Of a DNA stretch of 38,848 nucleotides, positions 17,074 to 25,232 are shown one piece after another (the first letter of the stretch is position 1; the number at the start of each line of letters is the position of its first letter). The stretch is from positions 1 through 38,848 of the forward strand of contig JAZNUG010000094.1 in the NCBI GenBank assembly GCA_045592165.1. Reading direction: 5' to 3'. Below the pieces are notes generated by a model. That model made no database searches. It was not told the DNA's origin and saw nothing but the letters and a program-made list of their open reading frames with translations. The position numbers and the translations under genes were made by a program. This stretch comes from Clostridia bacterium. Lineage in GTDB: Bacteria; Bacillota; Clostridia; Christensenellales; CAG-138.

Positions 17074-18588
17074 ATGGACAACAAATACGATGTCATAGTT
17101 GTTGGCGCAGGCAACGGCGGCCTTGCTGCTGCGGCAAATACTGCCAAAGCAGGCCTGAAAACGCTGCTGCTGGAAAAGCACAACCTGCCCGGCGGCTGCG
17201 CCACCAGCTTCCGCAGGGGGCGTTTTGAATTTGAGCCGTCCCTGCACGAACTGTGCAGCGTAGGTACCAAGGAAAAGCCCAATACCGTATACAAGGTGCT
17301 GGATGAGTTGGGCACCGAGATAAACTGGGAATATGAGCATGATATTTTCCGCGTGATAAACAAGGCGGGCAATTACGATCTGGTGCTCAAGGCAGGTATT
17401 GAGGATTTCTGTCAGAGCGTAGATGACGCTGTACCCGGATGCAAGGAAAACGTACGTGCCTTCCTGGCGCTCAAGCCAAAAATAGACGCGGCAATCGCCT
17501 ACATATACGCCATGAAGGGCAAGCCCAAGGGACTTACGATGCTCCTTAAGCATACCGACTTTATGCGGGTGGCGGGCCACTCCGTAGAGCAGGTTATGAC
17601 TGCGCTTGGCATACCCAAGGCCGCCCAGGATATAATCAACACCTACTGGGGCTATCTTGGCGTACCAACAGACGAGCTGAACGCAATGCACTTCCTTAAC
17701 ATGGTGCATGACTACGTTGTGGACGGCGCCGCAATGCCTCGCCACCGTTCCCATGAAATGTCCCTTGCGCTGGTGGACGTCATCGTGAAAAACGGCGGCG
17801 AAGTGCGCTTCAACAGCGAAGTTACCAAGTTCCTTTATCATGAAGACGGCAGCGTTGCAGGCGTTGTTGCAAACGGCGAAGAGCTTTACTCTACCGAGGT
17901 CATTTCCAACGTAATCCCCAATAACGTATTCAACATGAGCGATCAGAGCGTTATTCCGGAACAGAACCTCAAGCTTGCCAATGCCCGCGATTTCGGTATT
18001 TCGGTTGCCACCATCTACCTTGGCCTTGACTGCACCGCCGAGGAGCTTGGCCTGAAGGATTATACCGTATTCATTCAGGGTCATCCGGATCCCCGCGTTC
18101 AGAATGACACCCGCAAGGAAGACGGCCTTTACATCGTAAACTGCCTTAATAACGTTATCCCCGACAGTTCCCCTGAGGGCACCTGCACCCTGTTCTTCAC
18201 CATGCCCATTTACGGCGGAGACCTGCCTGAGGACCTCAAACCCGAGGACTACAAGAAATACAAGAATGCCCTTGCGAAGAAATATATCGAGGATGCTGAA
18301 AAAGCGCTCAATATTTCCATAATGCCCCATATTGAGGAGATAAGCGTGGCAACCCCCGTCACCTTTGCCAGATACCTCGGCACTCCCGAAGGTACCATTT
18401 ACGGCTACCGCCTTTCCGGCTGGGATAACCTTATGGCCCGCACCGCAGGCGAAAAGACAGACTATGCCATACCCGGCCTCAGCTTCTGCGGCGGCCATTA
18501 CATCCGGGGCGACGGCTACAGCTGCGCCTATATAATGGGCGATACCATCGGCAAACGTGTGGCAAAGAGAATCAAGGGAGGTGCTTGA
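17074..18588 (+). CDS. CrtI / phytoene-desaturase-family FAD-dependent oxidoreductase
   Basis: 504 aa. The N-terminus reads YDVIVVGAGNGGLAAAANTAKAGLKTLLLEKHNLPGGCA (GxGxxG plus the downstream GG motif). The RBS is AAGGAGGAG. Confidence 0.85.
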   Translation: MDNKYDVIVVGAGNGGLAAAANTAKAGLKTLLLEKHNLPGGCATSFRRGRFEFEPSLHELCSVGTKEKPNTVYKVLDELGTEINWEYEHDIFRVINKAGNYDLVLKAGIEDFCQSVDDAVPGCKENVRAFLALKPKIDAAIAYIYAMKGKPKGLTMLLKHTDFMRVAGHSVEQVMTALGIPKAAQDIINTYWGYLGVPTDELNAMHFLNMVHDYVVDGAAMPRHRSHEMSLALVDVIVKNGGEVRFNSEVTKFLYHEDGSVAGVVANGEELYSTEVISNVIPNNVFNMSDQSVIPEQNLKLANARDFGISVATIYLGLDCTAEELGLKDYTVFIQGHPDPRVQNDTRKEDGLYIVNCLNNVIPDSSPEGTCTLFFTMPIYGGDLPEDLKPEDYKKYKNALAKKYIEDAEKALNISIMPHIEEISVATPVTFARYLGTPEGTIYGYRLSGWDNLMARTAGEKTDYAIPGLSFCGGHYIRGDGYSCAYIMGDTIGKRVAKRIKGGA

Positions 18589-18589
18589 T

Positions 18590-19798
18590 ATGGCAAAACC
18601 CAAGCTTTGGAAACTTAACCCCATGGACTTTACCAAGATGACCCCCACCCGCAATGAAAAAATTGCAGCAGCTCCCGCAGAAAAGCTGCCTGAGGCGGAT
18701 TCTTATCTTCCCAATCAGATTGCAAATGCCCTGCATCCAAAGGTACAGTATCTTAAAGTTGCAAAGATAGTGGACATGGATGACTTCACCAAGGCATTCT
18801 ATCTGGAAGCAAACCCCGAAAAAGGCACCAAGGCTCTGGCATGGTTCAGCGCCGGCCAGTATATTTCCCTGCGCCTTAAGATAGGCAATATGAGCATATC
18901 CCGCCCCTATTCCCTTGCATCTTCTCCCCGCGAGGCGCTGGAAAAGGGCTATTACATGCTTACCATACGCAGGGTGGATGACGGACTTGCCTCCCGCTAC
19001 ATACTGGATAACTGGGAAGTGGGCACTGAGGTAACTGCATCCGAACCTCTCGGCGTATTCACCTATGAGCCCCTCCGCGATGCAAAGAACATAGTATGCC
19101 TTTCCGGCGGCAGCGGCGTTACCCCCTTCCGCTCCATGGCCAAGGCCATCGCAGACGGCGACGAAGAGGCCAACATGATTCTGCTCTACGGCAGCGATTC
19201 CATTGAGGAAGCCCTGTTCAACGACGAATTTGAAGAGCTTGCCCGCACCTGCCCCAATTTCAAATATGTGAACGTTCTCAGCGGCAAACCTGTTGAGGGC
19301 AAAGAACACGGCTTTATCACCGCAGACCTTATCCGCAAATACGCTCCGGAAGGAGACTACACCATATTCATCTGCGGCCCCGCTGCTATGTACAACTTTG
19401 TGGATAAAGAAATCGCCACCCTTGGCCTCAGGAAGAAGTTCATCCGCCATGAAATGTTCGGCGAGTACTTCAATCCCGCAAAGGAAGCGGACTATCCTGT
19501 GGAAATTGCCCCTGAATTCAAGCTTACCGTCCGCATGGCAGGCAAGGAATACACCCTTACCGCCCCCGCAAATCAGTCATTGCTCCGCACAATGGAATAC
19601 GGCGGCGTTGCCGCGCCCGCCCATTGCCGCAGCGGCGAATGCGGCTGGTGCCATTCCCGGCTGGTAAGCGGCGAGGTTTACACACCCAAGTCCGTTGACG
19701 GCCGCCGCGAGGCCGACCTTATCTACGGCTACATCCATCCCTGCTGCGCCTTCCCCCTCAGCGATGTGGTGATAGACGTTCCTCCGGTGGTAGAATAA
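18590..19798 (+). CDS. FNR-type FAD/NAD(P)H reductase with a C-terminal plant-type 2Fe-2S ferredoxin domain
   Basis: The ATG at 18590 lies 1 nt after the upstream TGA, with a GGGAGG RBS. RPYSLAS is the RxYS FAD motif, GGSGVTP is the NAD(P) motif, and CRSGECGWCHSRL...C is the 2Fe-2S motif. Confidence 0.85.
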   Translation: MAKPKLWKLNPMDFTKMTPTRNEKIAAAPAEKLPEADSYLPNQIANALHPKVQYLKVAKIVDMDDFTKAFYLEANPEKGTKALAWFSAGQYISLRLKIGNMSISRPYSLASSPREALEKGYYMLTIRRVDDGLASRYILDNWEVGTEVTASEPLGVFTYEPLRDAKNIVCLSGGSGVTPFRSMAKAIADGDEEANMILLYGSDSIEEALFNDEFEELARTCPNFKYVNVLSGKPVEGKEHGFITADLIRKYAPEGDYTIFICGPAAMYNFVDKEIATLGLRKKFIRHEMFGEYFNPAKEADYPVEIAPEFKLTVRMAGKEYTLTAPANQSLLRTMEYGGVAAPAHCRSGECGWCHSRLVSGEVYTPKSVDGRREADLIYGYIHPCCAFPLSDVVIDVPPVVE

Positions 19799-19809
19799 CA
19801 GCTTATAAT

Positions 19810-19856
19810 CTTCTTTTTCTCTTTCTTTTTTAAGAAAAAAGAAAGGAGAAAAGAAG
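19810..19856. repeat. 22-bp-stem inverted repeat made of a pure pyrimidine arm and a pure purine arm
   Basis: CTTCTTTTTCTCTTTCTTTTTT-AAG-AAAAAAGAAAGGAGAAAAGAAG has 1 mismatch and 2 G-T pairs. The purine-rich run continues to about 19876. Confidence 0.8.
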
Positions 19857-19882
19857 CAAAAAGAGAAAGAAAAACTAAATAT

Positions 19883-19919
19883 AAAACAGGCGGCACATGA
19901 TCGTGTACCGCCTGTTTTC
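19883..19919. terminator. Bidirectional intrinsic terminator between convergent genes
   Basis: The stem ACAGGCGG / CCGCCTGT (19886..19915) is flanked by AAAA and TTTT. Confidence 0.75.
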
Positions 19920-19941
19920 TTTATTATATTATGTTTTGCTT

Positions 19942-21117
19942 TTACTTTGCCTTATTGGCGTTGTTCAGTACTGCGATGTAATCCTCCACAGCCATGGGTC
20001 TGGGATTGCTTTCGGTGGAGATATTCCTTGCGGATATCTCGGCAATCTTTGCAAAGCTTTCCTCCGGAACATTCAGCGACCTGAACTCGGGCAGGCCAAC
20101 ATCAAGGCAAAGTTTCTGCACCGCGGCAACAGCCTTTGCGCAGCCTTCCTCCTCCGTGCTGAATTCCAGGCCCATCGCCCTTGCTACCCTTGCATACTTA
20201 TCCTGGCAGCAGCAGGAATTGTATTCCATCATATGGGGCAGGAAGATGGCATTGCACAGGCCATGGGGAAGGTCGTACATGCCGCCCAGCGTTTCCGCAA
20301 TGCAGTGAACAGACGCAACGTCGGAATGGCTGAAGGCTACGCCTGCCAGCATACTGCCCATAAGCATAGCTTCCCTTGCGCTGATATTTGCCCCGTCCTT
20401 TACTGCGGTTTCAAGGTTGTTGTAAATAAGTTCTATTGCATAAAGGGCTGCCGCGTCGCTGAAGGGCTCGGAGCAGTTTGCGGTATAAGCTTCAATGGCA
20501 TGGGTAAGGGCATCCACGCCTGTTGCAGCGGTGACGCTTGCAGGTACGGATACCGTAAGCTCAGGATCACACAAGGCTACACTTGCAGCGATAAGAGGGC
20601 TCTTTACAGTCATCTTATACTGATTGGCAGTATCCGTTATTACGGAAGAAAATGTCAGCTCGCTGCCTGTGCCGGATGTAGTAGGCACGGTAAACAGAGG
20701 CGGTATGGCCTTTTTAACTCCGGTTTTACCCTCGTAAGGCTTGATTTTTTCTGCATCGTGGGCCAGAAGCACGCCTATGGATTTGCTGCAGTCTATTGGG
20801 CTGCCGCCGCCCACGGCGATTATGGAATCCGCTCCAAATTCACGGGCAACCGCCGCACCTTCCTCCACGTTATAATCTTTGGGATTTGGCTCGATGTTGT
20901 CAAATACCAGATATGTAACCCCTGCTCCGTCAAGGCATTCGGTTACTTTATCCACTATCCCTGCGGCTTTTATTCCCTTATCCGTTACGACCAACGGGCG
21001 CTTTACTCCTGCGTCTTCAAGAATCGCAGGGAGCTTTGCAAGGCAGCCTGTGCCGTATTCTATTCTGGTGGGCAGAATAAAGCTGAAGGGTGCGCTGAGG
21101 TTGGCATTGTTTTTCAT
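19942..21117 (-). CDS. Iron-containing (group III) alcohol dehydrogenase
   Basis: The ATG at 21117 has an AAGGAGAG RBS. IAVGGGSPIDCSK and PTTSGTGSE are present, together with His-rich metal-site segments (HAIEAY, FSHSDVASVH). Confidence 0.9.
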   Translation of the reverse strand: MKNNANLSAPFSFILPTRIEYGTGCLAKLPAILEDAGVKRPLVVTDKGIKAAGIVDKVTECLDGAGVTYLVFDNIEPNPKDYNVEEGAAVAREFGADSIIAVGGGSPIDCSKSIGVLLAHDAEKIKPYEGKTGVKKAIPPLFTVPTTSGTGSELTFSSVITDTANQYKMTVKSPLIAASVALCDPELTVSVPASVTAATGVDALTHAIEAYTANCSEPFSDAAALYAIELIYNNLETAVKDGANISAREAMLMGSMLAGVAFSHSDVASVHCIAETLGGMYDLPHGLCNAIFLPHMMEYNSCCCQDKYARVARAMGLEFSTEEEGCAKAVAAVQKLCLDVGLPEFRSLNVPEESFAKIAEISARNISTESNPRPMAVEDYIAVLNNANKAK

Positions 21118-21309
21118 AAGCGTAAACTCTCCTTGAGGATAATAATTAACGATGTGCATTGATTATGGGATATTATATATCAATTATAACACCGCGCAGT
21201 CTGGCAGGCAATGCGCCTACAAATTTTTATTTGCATTAAAATTCCCGATATCATCTGTATTTTTCCCGTTATTGCATGCATATCCATAAAATTTAAATTA
21301 ATTATGCAC

Positions 21310-21338
21310 TTGACACTGCACGTCACATAATATATAAT
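21310..21338 (+). promoter_or_regulatory. Consensus sigma-A promoter of the T-box leader
   Basis: TTGACA (21310..21315), an exact 17-nt spacer, then TATAAT (21333..21338). Confidence 0.7.
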
Positions 21339-21360
21339 TCAATGCAATTGGTATTGAACA

Positions 21361-21640
21361 GGCGATGACGGCGAAATAGTACCGTGTACGGATCCTTCAG
21401 AGAATTGACGGTTGGTGCAAGTCAACAGGCTGCCGCATGGGAATACACGCCATCAGCCTCCCCCCGAAAGGCAACCGGTAGGCGGGGACGGGCTTCACCC
21501 GTTACAGTGATAGAGTATAGGGGCGGCGTATGCCGCATTAGGGTACTCGAAAAGGTCCGGTATTGCGAGATCCGGATAAATTGAGGTGGTAACACGGGAT
21601 TTGGCGCTCGTCCTCTGCATGTCAGGGGACGGGCTTTTTT
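21361..21640 (+). promoter_or_regulatory. T-box riboswitch leader with a Tyr (UAC) specifier
   Basis: Stem I carries a GAUGA K-turn (21364..21368), AGUA (21378..21381), AGAGA (21399..21403) and the distal loop GGUGCAA (21414..21420). The specifier loop reads GAA-UAC-A (21441..21447). The F-box CCGUUA is at 21499..21504. The T-box sequence AAAUUGAGGUGGUAACACGGG is at 21578..21598. The terminator is GCTCGTCCTCTG / CAGGGGACGGGC (21606..21634) followed by TTTTTT. Confidence 0.9.
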
Positions 21641-21724
21641 GTTCCCGGAATTTTATCGGCCGGTATCGCCGCCAAAGGATACCTCCGAAAAATCAAATTT
21701 TTATTTTTCAGGAGGAAACTCAAA

Positions 21725-23170
21725 ATGTCCAAGGTAAAATTCTTCAGCGGCGAAAATATACCACTTGAGATGCACAAGGTACGCATCGTACAGAAACTGA
21801 ACCTGCCTCCCGTAGGACGCCGCCTCGAGGCCATTCAGGAGGCCGGCTGCAATACCTTCCTGCTTCAGACCCGGGATGTATTCATGGATATGCTGACCGA
21901 CAGCGGCGTAAACGCCATGAGCGACAATCAGCTTGCCGCCATGATGGCCGCAGATGACGCATACGCAGGCAGTGAAACATTCAACCGTCTCCATGCAAAG
22001 CTGCAGGAGATATTCGGCATGGAATTTTTCCTTCCCGCCCATCAGGGCCGCGCTGCGGAGCACATCATTGCTAAGACCTTCGTAAAAAGCGGCGATGTTG
22101 TTGCCATGAATTTCCACTTTACCACCACTAAAGCACACATAACCGAATGCGGCGGCACTGTTGAAGAACTTGTCAGCGATGAAGGCATCAACACTGCAAG
22201 CAGCTGCCTTTTCAAGGGCAATATGGACCTTGATAAGCTCCGTGACAGCATTGAGCGCAACAGGGGCCGCATGGCTTTCCTGCGCCTTGAAGCGGGCACT
22301 AACCTTATCGGCGGCCAGCCATTCTCCCTGGCTAACTGCAAAGCCGCAACCAAGCTTGCCCGGGATAACGGCATACTTACAGTACTGGACGCAAGCCTGC
22401 TGCAGGATAATCTCCACTTCATAAAAACCCGCGAAGCGGAATGCAGGGATATGTCCATCCGTGAAATCACCCGCGCCATTGCGGATTGTTTTGATATAGT
22501 ATACTTCTCTGCCCGCAAGCTGGGCTTTGCCCGGGGCGGCGGCATCTGTGTGCGCGACAAGGCTCTGCGGGACCGCATGATGGAGCTTATCCCCATGTTT
22601 GAAGGTTTCCTTACCTACGGCGGCATGAGCGTGCGCGAAATGGAAGCCATCACCGTTGGCCTTGATGAAACCATGGATGAAGACGTAATCAGTCAGGGTC
22701 CTCAGTTTATCGAATTTATGACCAATGAGCTTCTCAAGCGCGGCATACCCGTTGTAACCCCTGCCGGCGGCCTTGGCTGCCATATTAATGCCCGGGAGTT
22801 CCTGCCCCATCTGGATGACCATCAGTACCCTGCAGGCGCCCTTGCGGCAGCCATATACATCGCAAGCGGCATCCGCGGCATGGAACGCGGCACCCTGTCT
22901 GAACAGCGAGAGCCTGACGGAACCGAGCCCATCGCCCAGATGGAGCTGGTACGCCTTGCACTCCCCCGCCGTGTATTCACCCTGTCTCAGGTAATGTACG
23001 CTGTGGACCGCATTGACTGGCTGTTCCGCAACCGGCATCTTATCGGCGGCCTGCGCTGGGTAGAAGAGCCCAAGACTCTCCGTTTCTTCTTCGGCAGGCT
23101 GGAAGCAGACAGCGGCTGGCAGCAGCAGCTTGCCGATGCATTCTGCAGAGACTTCGGCGATAGCCTGTGA
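21725..23170 (+). CDS. tpl: Beta-eliminating PLP lyase with a tyrosine phenol-lyase-type active site
   Basis: 481 aa, alignable along its full length to tryptophanase/TPL. The PLP-lysine segment is SARK. FTTT matches TPL Thr124 (tryptophanase has FDTT). GMERG matches TPL Met379/Arg381 (tryptophanase has VEIG). LRFFF matches TPL Phe448/449 (tryptophanase has LRHF). The RBS is CAGGAGGAA. Confidence 0.88.
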   Translation: MSKVKFFSGENIPLEMHKVRIVQKLNLPPVGRRLEAIQEAGCNTFLLQTRDVFMDMLTDSGVNAMSDNQLAAMMAADDAYAGSETFNRLHAKLQEIFGMEFFLPAHQGRAAEHIIAKTFVKSGDVVAMNFHFTTTKAHITECGGTVEELVSDEGINTASSCLFKGNMDLDKLRDSIERNRGRMAFLRLEAGTNLIGGQPFSLANCKAATKLARDNGILTVLDASLLQDNLHFIKTREAECRDMSIREITRAIADCFDIVYFSARKLGFARGGGICVRDKALRDRMMELIPMFEGFLTYGGMSVREMEAITVGLDETMDEDVISQGPQFIEFMTNELLKRGIPVVTPAGGLGCHINAREFLPHLDDHQYPAGALAAAIYIASGIRGMERGTLSEQREPDGTEPIAQMELVRLALPRRVFTLSQVMYAVDRIDWLFRNRHLIGGLRWVEEPKTLRFFFGRLEADSGWQQQLADAFCRDFGDSL

Positions 23171-23178
23171 TACATACA

Positions 23179-23208
23179 AAAAAGGCGTGATACCCTATCA
23201 CGCCTTTT
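23179..23208. terminator. Bidirectional intrinsic terminator
   Basis: AAAAAGGCGTGATA-CCC-TATCACGCCTTTT lies between the convergent tpl-like and MFS genes. Confidence 0.85.
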
Positions 23209-23220
23209 AAAATGCTCTTT

Positions 23221-24444
23221 TTAGGCCTGTAAGCCTGTTTCCTTGTATTCCTTTATACCGAAGGTTATCACGATGCCCATAATGCCGAAAGCCAGTATTA
23301 CCAGGAAGGTTCCCGCATATGAAAGGCTGCCGCAGGCAGGTCCCAGATAAGAGGCAATAATCAGGTTAAGGTTTACAAGGCTGAAATTGAATGCGTAGTT
23401 CTTAGTGCCGAAAAAATAAGAAGCATACGCAGAGTTTGTGGGAGTAACGCCGCCATAGGCAAGACCAAGTAAAATGAATCCTGCGGCCAGCACGGGAATG
23501 CTCACGGTGCTGTTTGCAATAAGCAATGCAGCGGAAGCACATATGAACATGGCACAAACGCCCAGCATGGTTTTACGGTAACCGATTCTGTCAAACAGCT
23601 GACCGAAAATTATACGGCCCACTCCGTTTGCAATTGACACCATTCCCGCAAGCGCAGCGGCTCTGGCCAGATTTTCCCCGACAAAGCACTGGGCAAAGGA
23701 AGCCGCCTCGTTCATAACCGCAAGGCCTGCCGCAGAAAGGATTACAGCCCATGCAAAATACAGCCAGAACTGCCTGCAGCCTATCATCTGTTTCCATTCC
23801 ATCTCCCTGAGGGATGCCTTTGCCTTGTTGCCTGCGGCCATTTTGGCGGCAAACTCAGCAGGAGCCAGTTTAAGGATAAAGGAGCCTATAAGAATAACCG
23901 CAAAGAACACAAAGCCGAATATCAGGAAGGTTCTGCGCCAGCCAATAGAGCCGATAAGGTTTGCGCTCAGGGTGCCGAATACCATACCGCCAAAGCCGAA
24001 GCCCATAAGCGCGATGCCGGAAACCAGGCCCTTTTTATCCGGGAACCAGGACATCACCACGCTAAGGCAGGAATTGTAGCCAAGGCCTACGCCAAGGCCG
24101 CAAAGAAGGCTGTAAGTACAGCAGATGCCCAGAAGACCCTTTGCCGCAGAGGCCGCACTGAAGCCGGCCAGCATGCATAACGCGCTGCATATTACGGTTA
24201 CACGGATGCTGAACCTTCTCTGCATTATACCGGAAGCAAGGCCGCCCAGACAGAACAGCATCATGCTGACAGAGAACACCAGAGAGGCCTGAGAAGCCGT
24301 CCAGCCGAACTCAGTTTCAAGGGGTATCCTGAATACCGACCAGGCGTAAATAAGCCCCAGAAACAGCAGCAGCAGCGTGCAAAGCACAAGGTATCCCCAG
24401 CGGAGGGTTTTATAATCCGGGGCAATGTTTTTTTCTTTAGTCAT
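23221..24444 (-). CDS. MFS transporter (oxalate/formate-antiporter-like family)
   Basis: About 407 aa from the ATG at 24444 (RBS AGAGGAAAAAGT). There are 12 hydrophobic segments and a central loop around KAKASLREMEWKQ. Confidence 0.8.
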   Translation of the reverse strand: MTKEKNIAPDYKTLRWGYLVLCTLLLLFLGLIYAWSVFRIPLETEFGWTASQASLVFSVSMMLFCLGGLASGIMQRRFSIRVTVICSALCMLAGFSAASAAKGLLGICCTYSLLCGLGVGLGYNSCLSVVMSWFPDKKGLVSGIALMGFGFGGMVFGTLSANLIGSIGWRRTFLIFGFVFFAVILIGSFILKLAPAEFAAKMAAGNKAKASLREMEWKQMIGCRQFWLYFAWAVILSAAGLAVMNEAASFAQCFVGENLARAAALAGMVSIANGVGRIIFGQLFDRIGYRKTMLGVCAMFICASAALLIANSTVSIPVLAAGFILLGLAYGGVTPTNSAYASYFFGTKNYAFNFSLVNLNLIIASYLGPACGSLSYAGTFLVILAFGIMGIVITFGIKEYKETGLQA

Positions 24445-24534
24445 ACTTTTTCCTCTGTAAAAAATGGATATTATCAATTATACAACAGGTTTTGTATTTT
24501 ATCTCGAATTTTTGTCTGTTTCCAAACCGCCTGC

Positions 24535-25230
24535 TCAGCGGTTAAAAGGACATTCCTTTCCAAGGCATTCATTATTGAATCCGGAAAATCCGCAGTGAAT
24601 ATGTTCGGGCAGTTCCATCTGTATGCCAAAGTTCTCCTTTATGAACTCCACCGCCGCAATTACTGCAAGAAAGCTGTCCCTCTTGCAGCATCGTGGGCCG
24701 CCGCAGTTTGCTATACGCTCCAGTGCCCTGGATGTCATAAGGTTGGCAAGTCCCCATTCCTGCTTTTTCAGCGGGGTAGCCCCCGTGATGATACTTACGA
24801 ATATCCCCGTACTGACTCCGGCGCCGCAGCATCCCCAAAAACCACAGGTGCCTCCGGGAACCTGCTTGCCCCGGCGCAGCATTTCTTCAAGGGCGGGACG
24901 AATGTTTATTTCGCCGCCGCTGTTGCGGTATGCCGCCAGCAGCGCAGCCCCCACCATAAAGTGGTGCTCCGGTCCGTGCATATGAACAGCGGGCTGCTCC
25001 ATCAGGCTCTGTATTATGCCTATAGGATCCCGTGAAGATGTGCCGGCGCACACCTCAAATACTATCCCCTCCGCGTCCTTTGAATGACAGCTGTCACATA
25101 TAAAGTGTCCCGCCCTGCATGCAGCGTTTGCCTGAAACTCACCGCCGCACAGCAGACATTTCATAGACTTAGGCTGAAGAAAGTATTCCAGTTCTTCGCC
25201 GCAGATAAGGCAGTTGTTTTTATTTTCCAT
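24535..25230 (-). CDS. Cysteine-rich conserved hypothetical protein (N-terminal zinc-ribbon-like CxxC pairs, about 17 Cys)
   Basis: 231 aa containing CLICGEE...CLLCGG...CRAGHFICDSCH, HMHGPEHH, CGFWGCCGAG, CGGPRCCKR and ECLGKECPF. Its ATG lies 2 nt after the stop of the TrmH-family gene. Confidence 0.7.
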   Translation of the reverse strand: MENKNNCLICGEELEYFLQPKSMKCLLCGGEFQANAACRAGHFICDSCHSKDAEGIVFEVCAGTSSRDPIGIIQSLMEQPAVHMHGPEHHFMVGAALLAAYRNSGGEINIRPALEEMLRRGKQVPGGTCGFWGCCGAGVSTGIFVSIITGATPLKKQEWGLANLMTSRALERIANCGGPRCCKRDSFLAVIAAVEFIKENFGIQMELPEHIHCGFSGFNNECLGKECPFNR

Positions 25231-25232
25231 GT

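Noticed and set aside
17047-18654. A 535-aa ORF lies antisense to the CrtI-like gene. Similar long antisense ORFs occur at 14808..16406, 21701..23179, 7290..8780, 5528..7318, 19897..21162, 12348..13505, 28899..29900, 2804..3781 and 1163..2131.
   Set aside because: Each lies entirely within, and opposite to, a gene with clear family motifs, a good RBS and a terminator. Their translations are low-complexity, Gly/Ala/Cys/His-rich strings with no motifs, and they lack RBS sequences. They are shadow ORFs, explained by the rarity of TTA/CTA/TCA codons in the real genes.
21384-21584. A 66-aa ORF upstream of the tpl-like gene.
   Set aside because: It lies inside the T-box leader structure and has no RBS. 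The region is explained by the RNA element.
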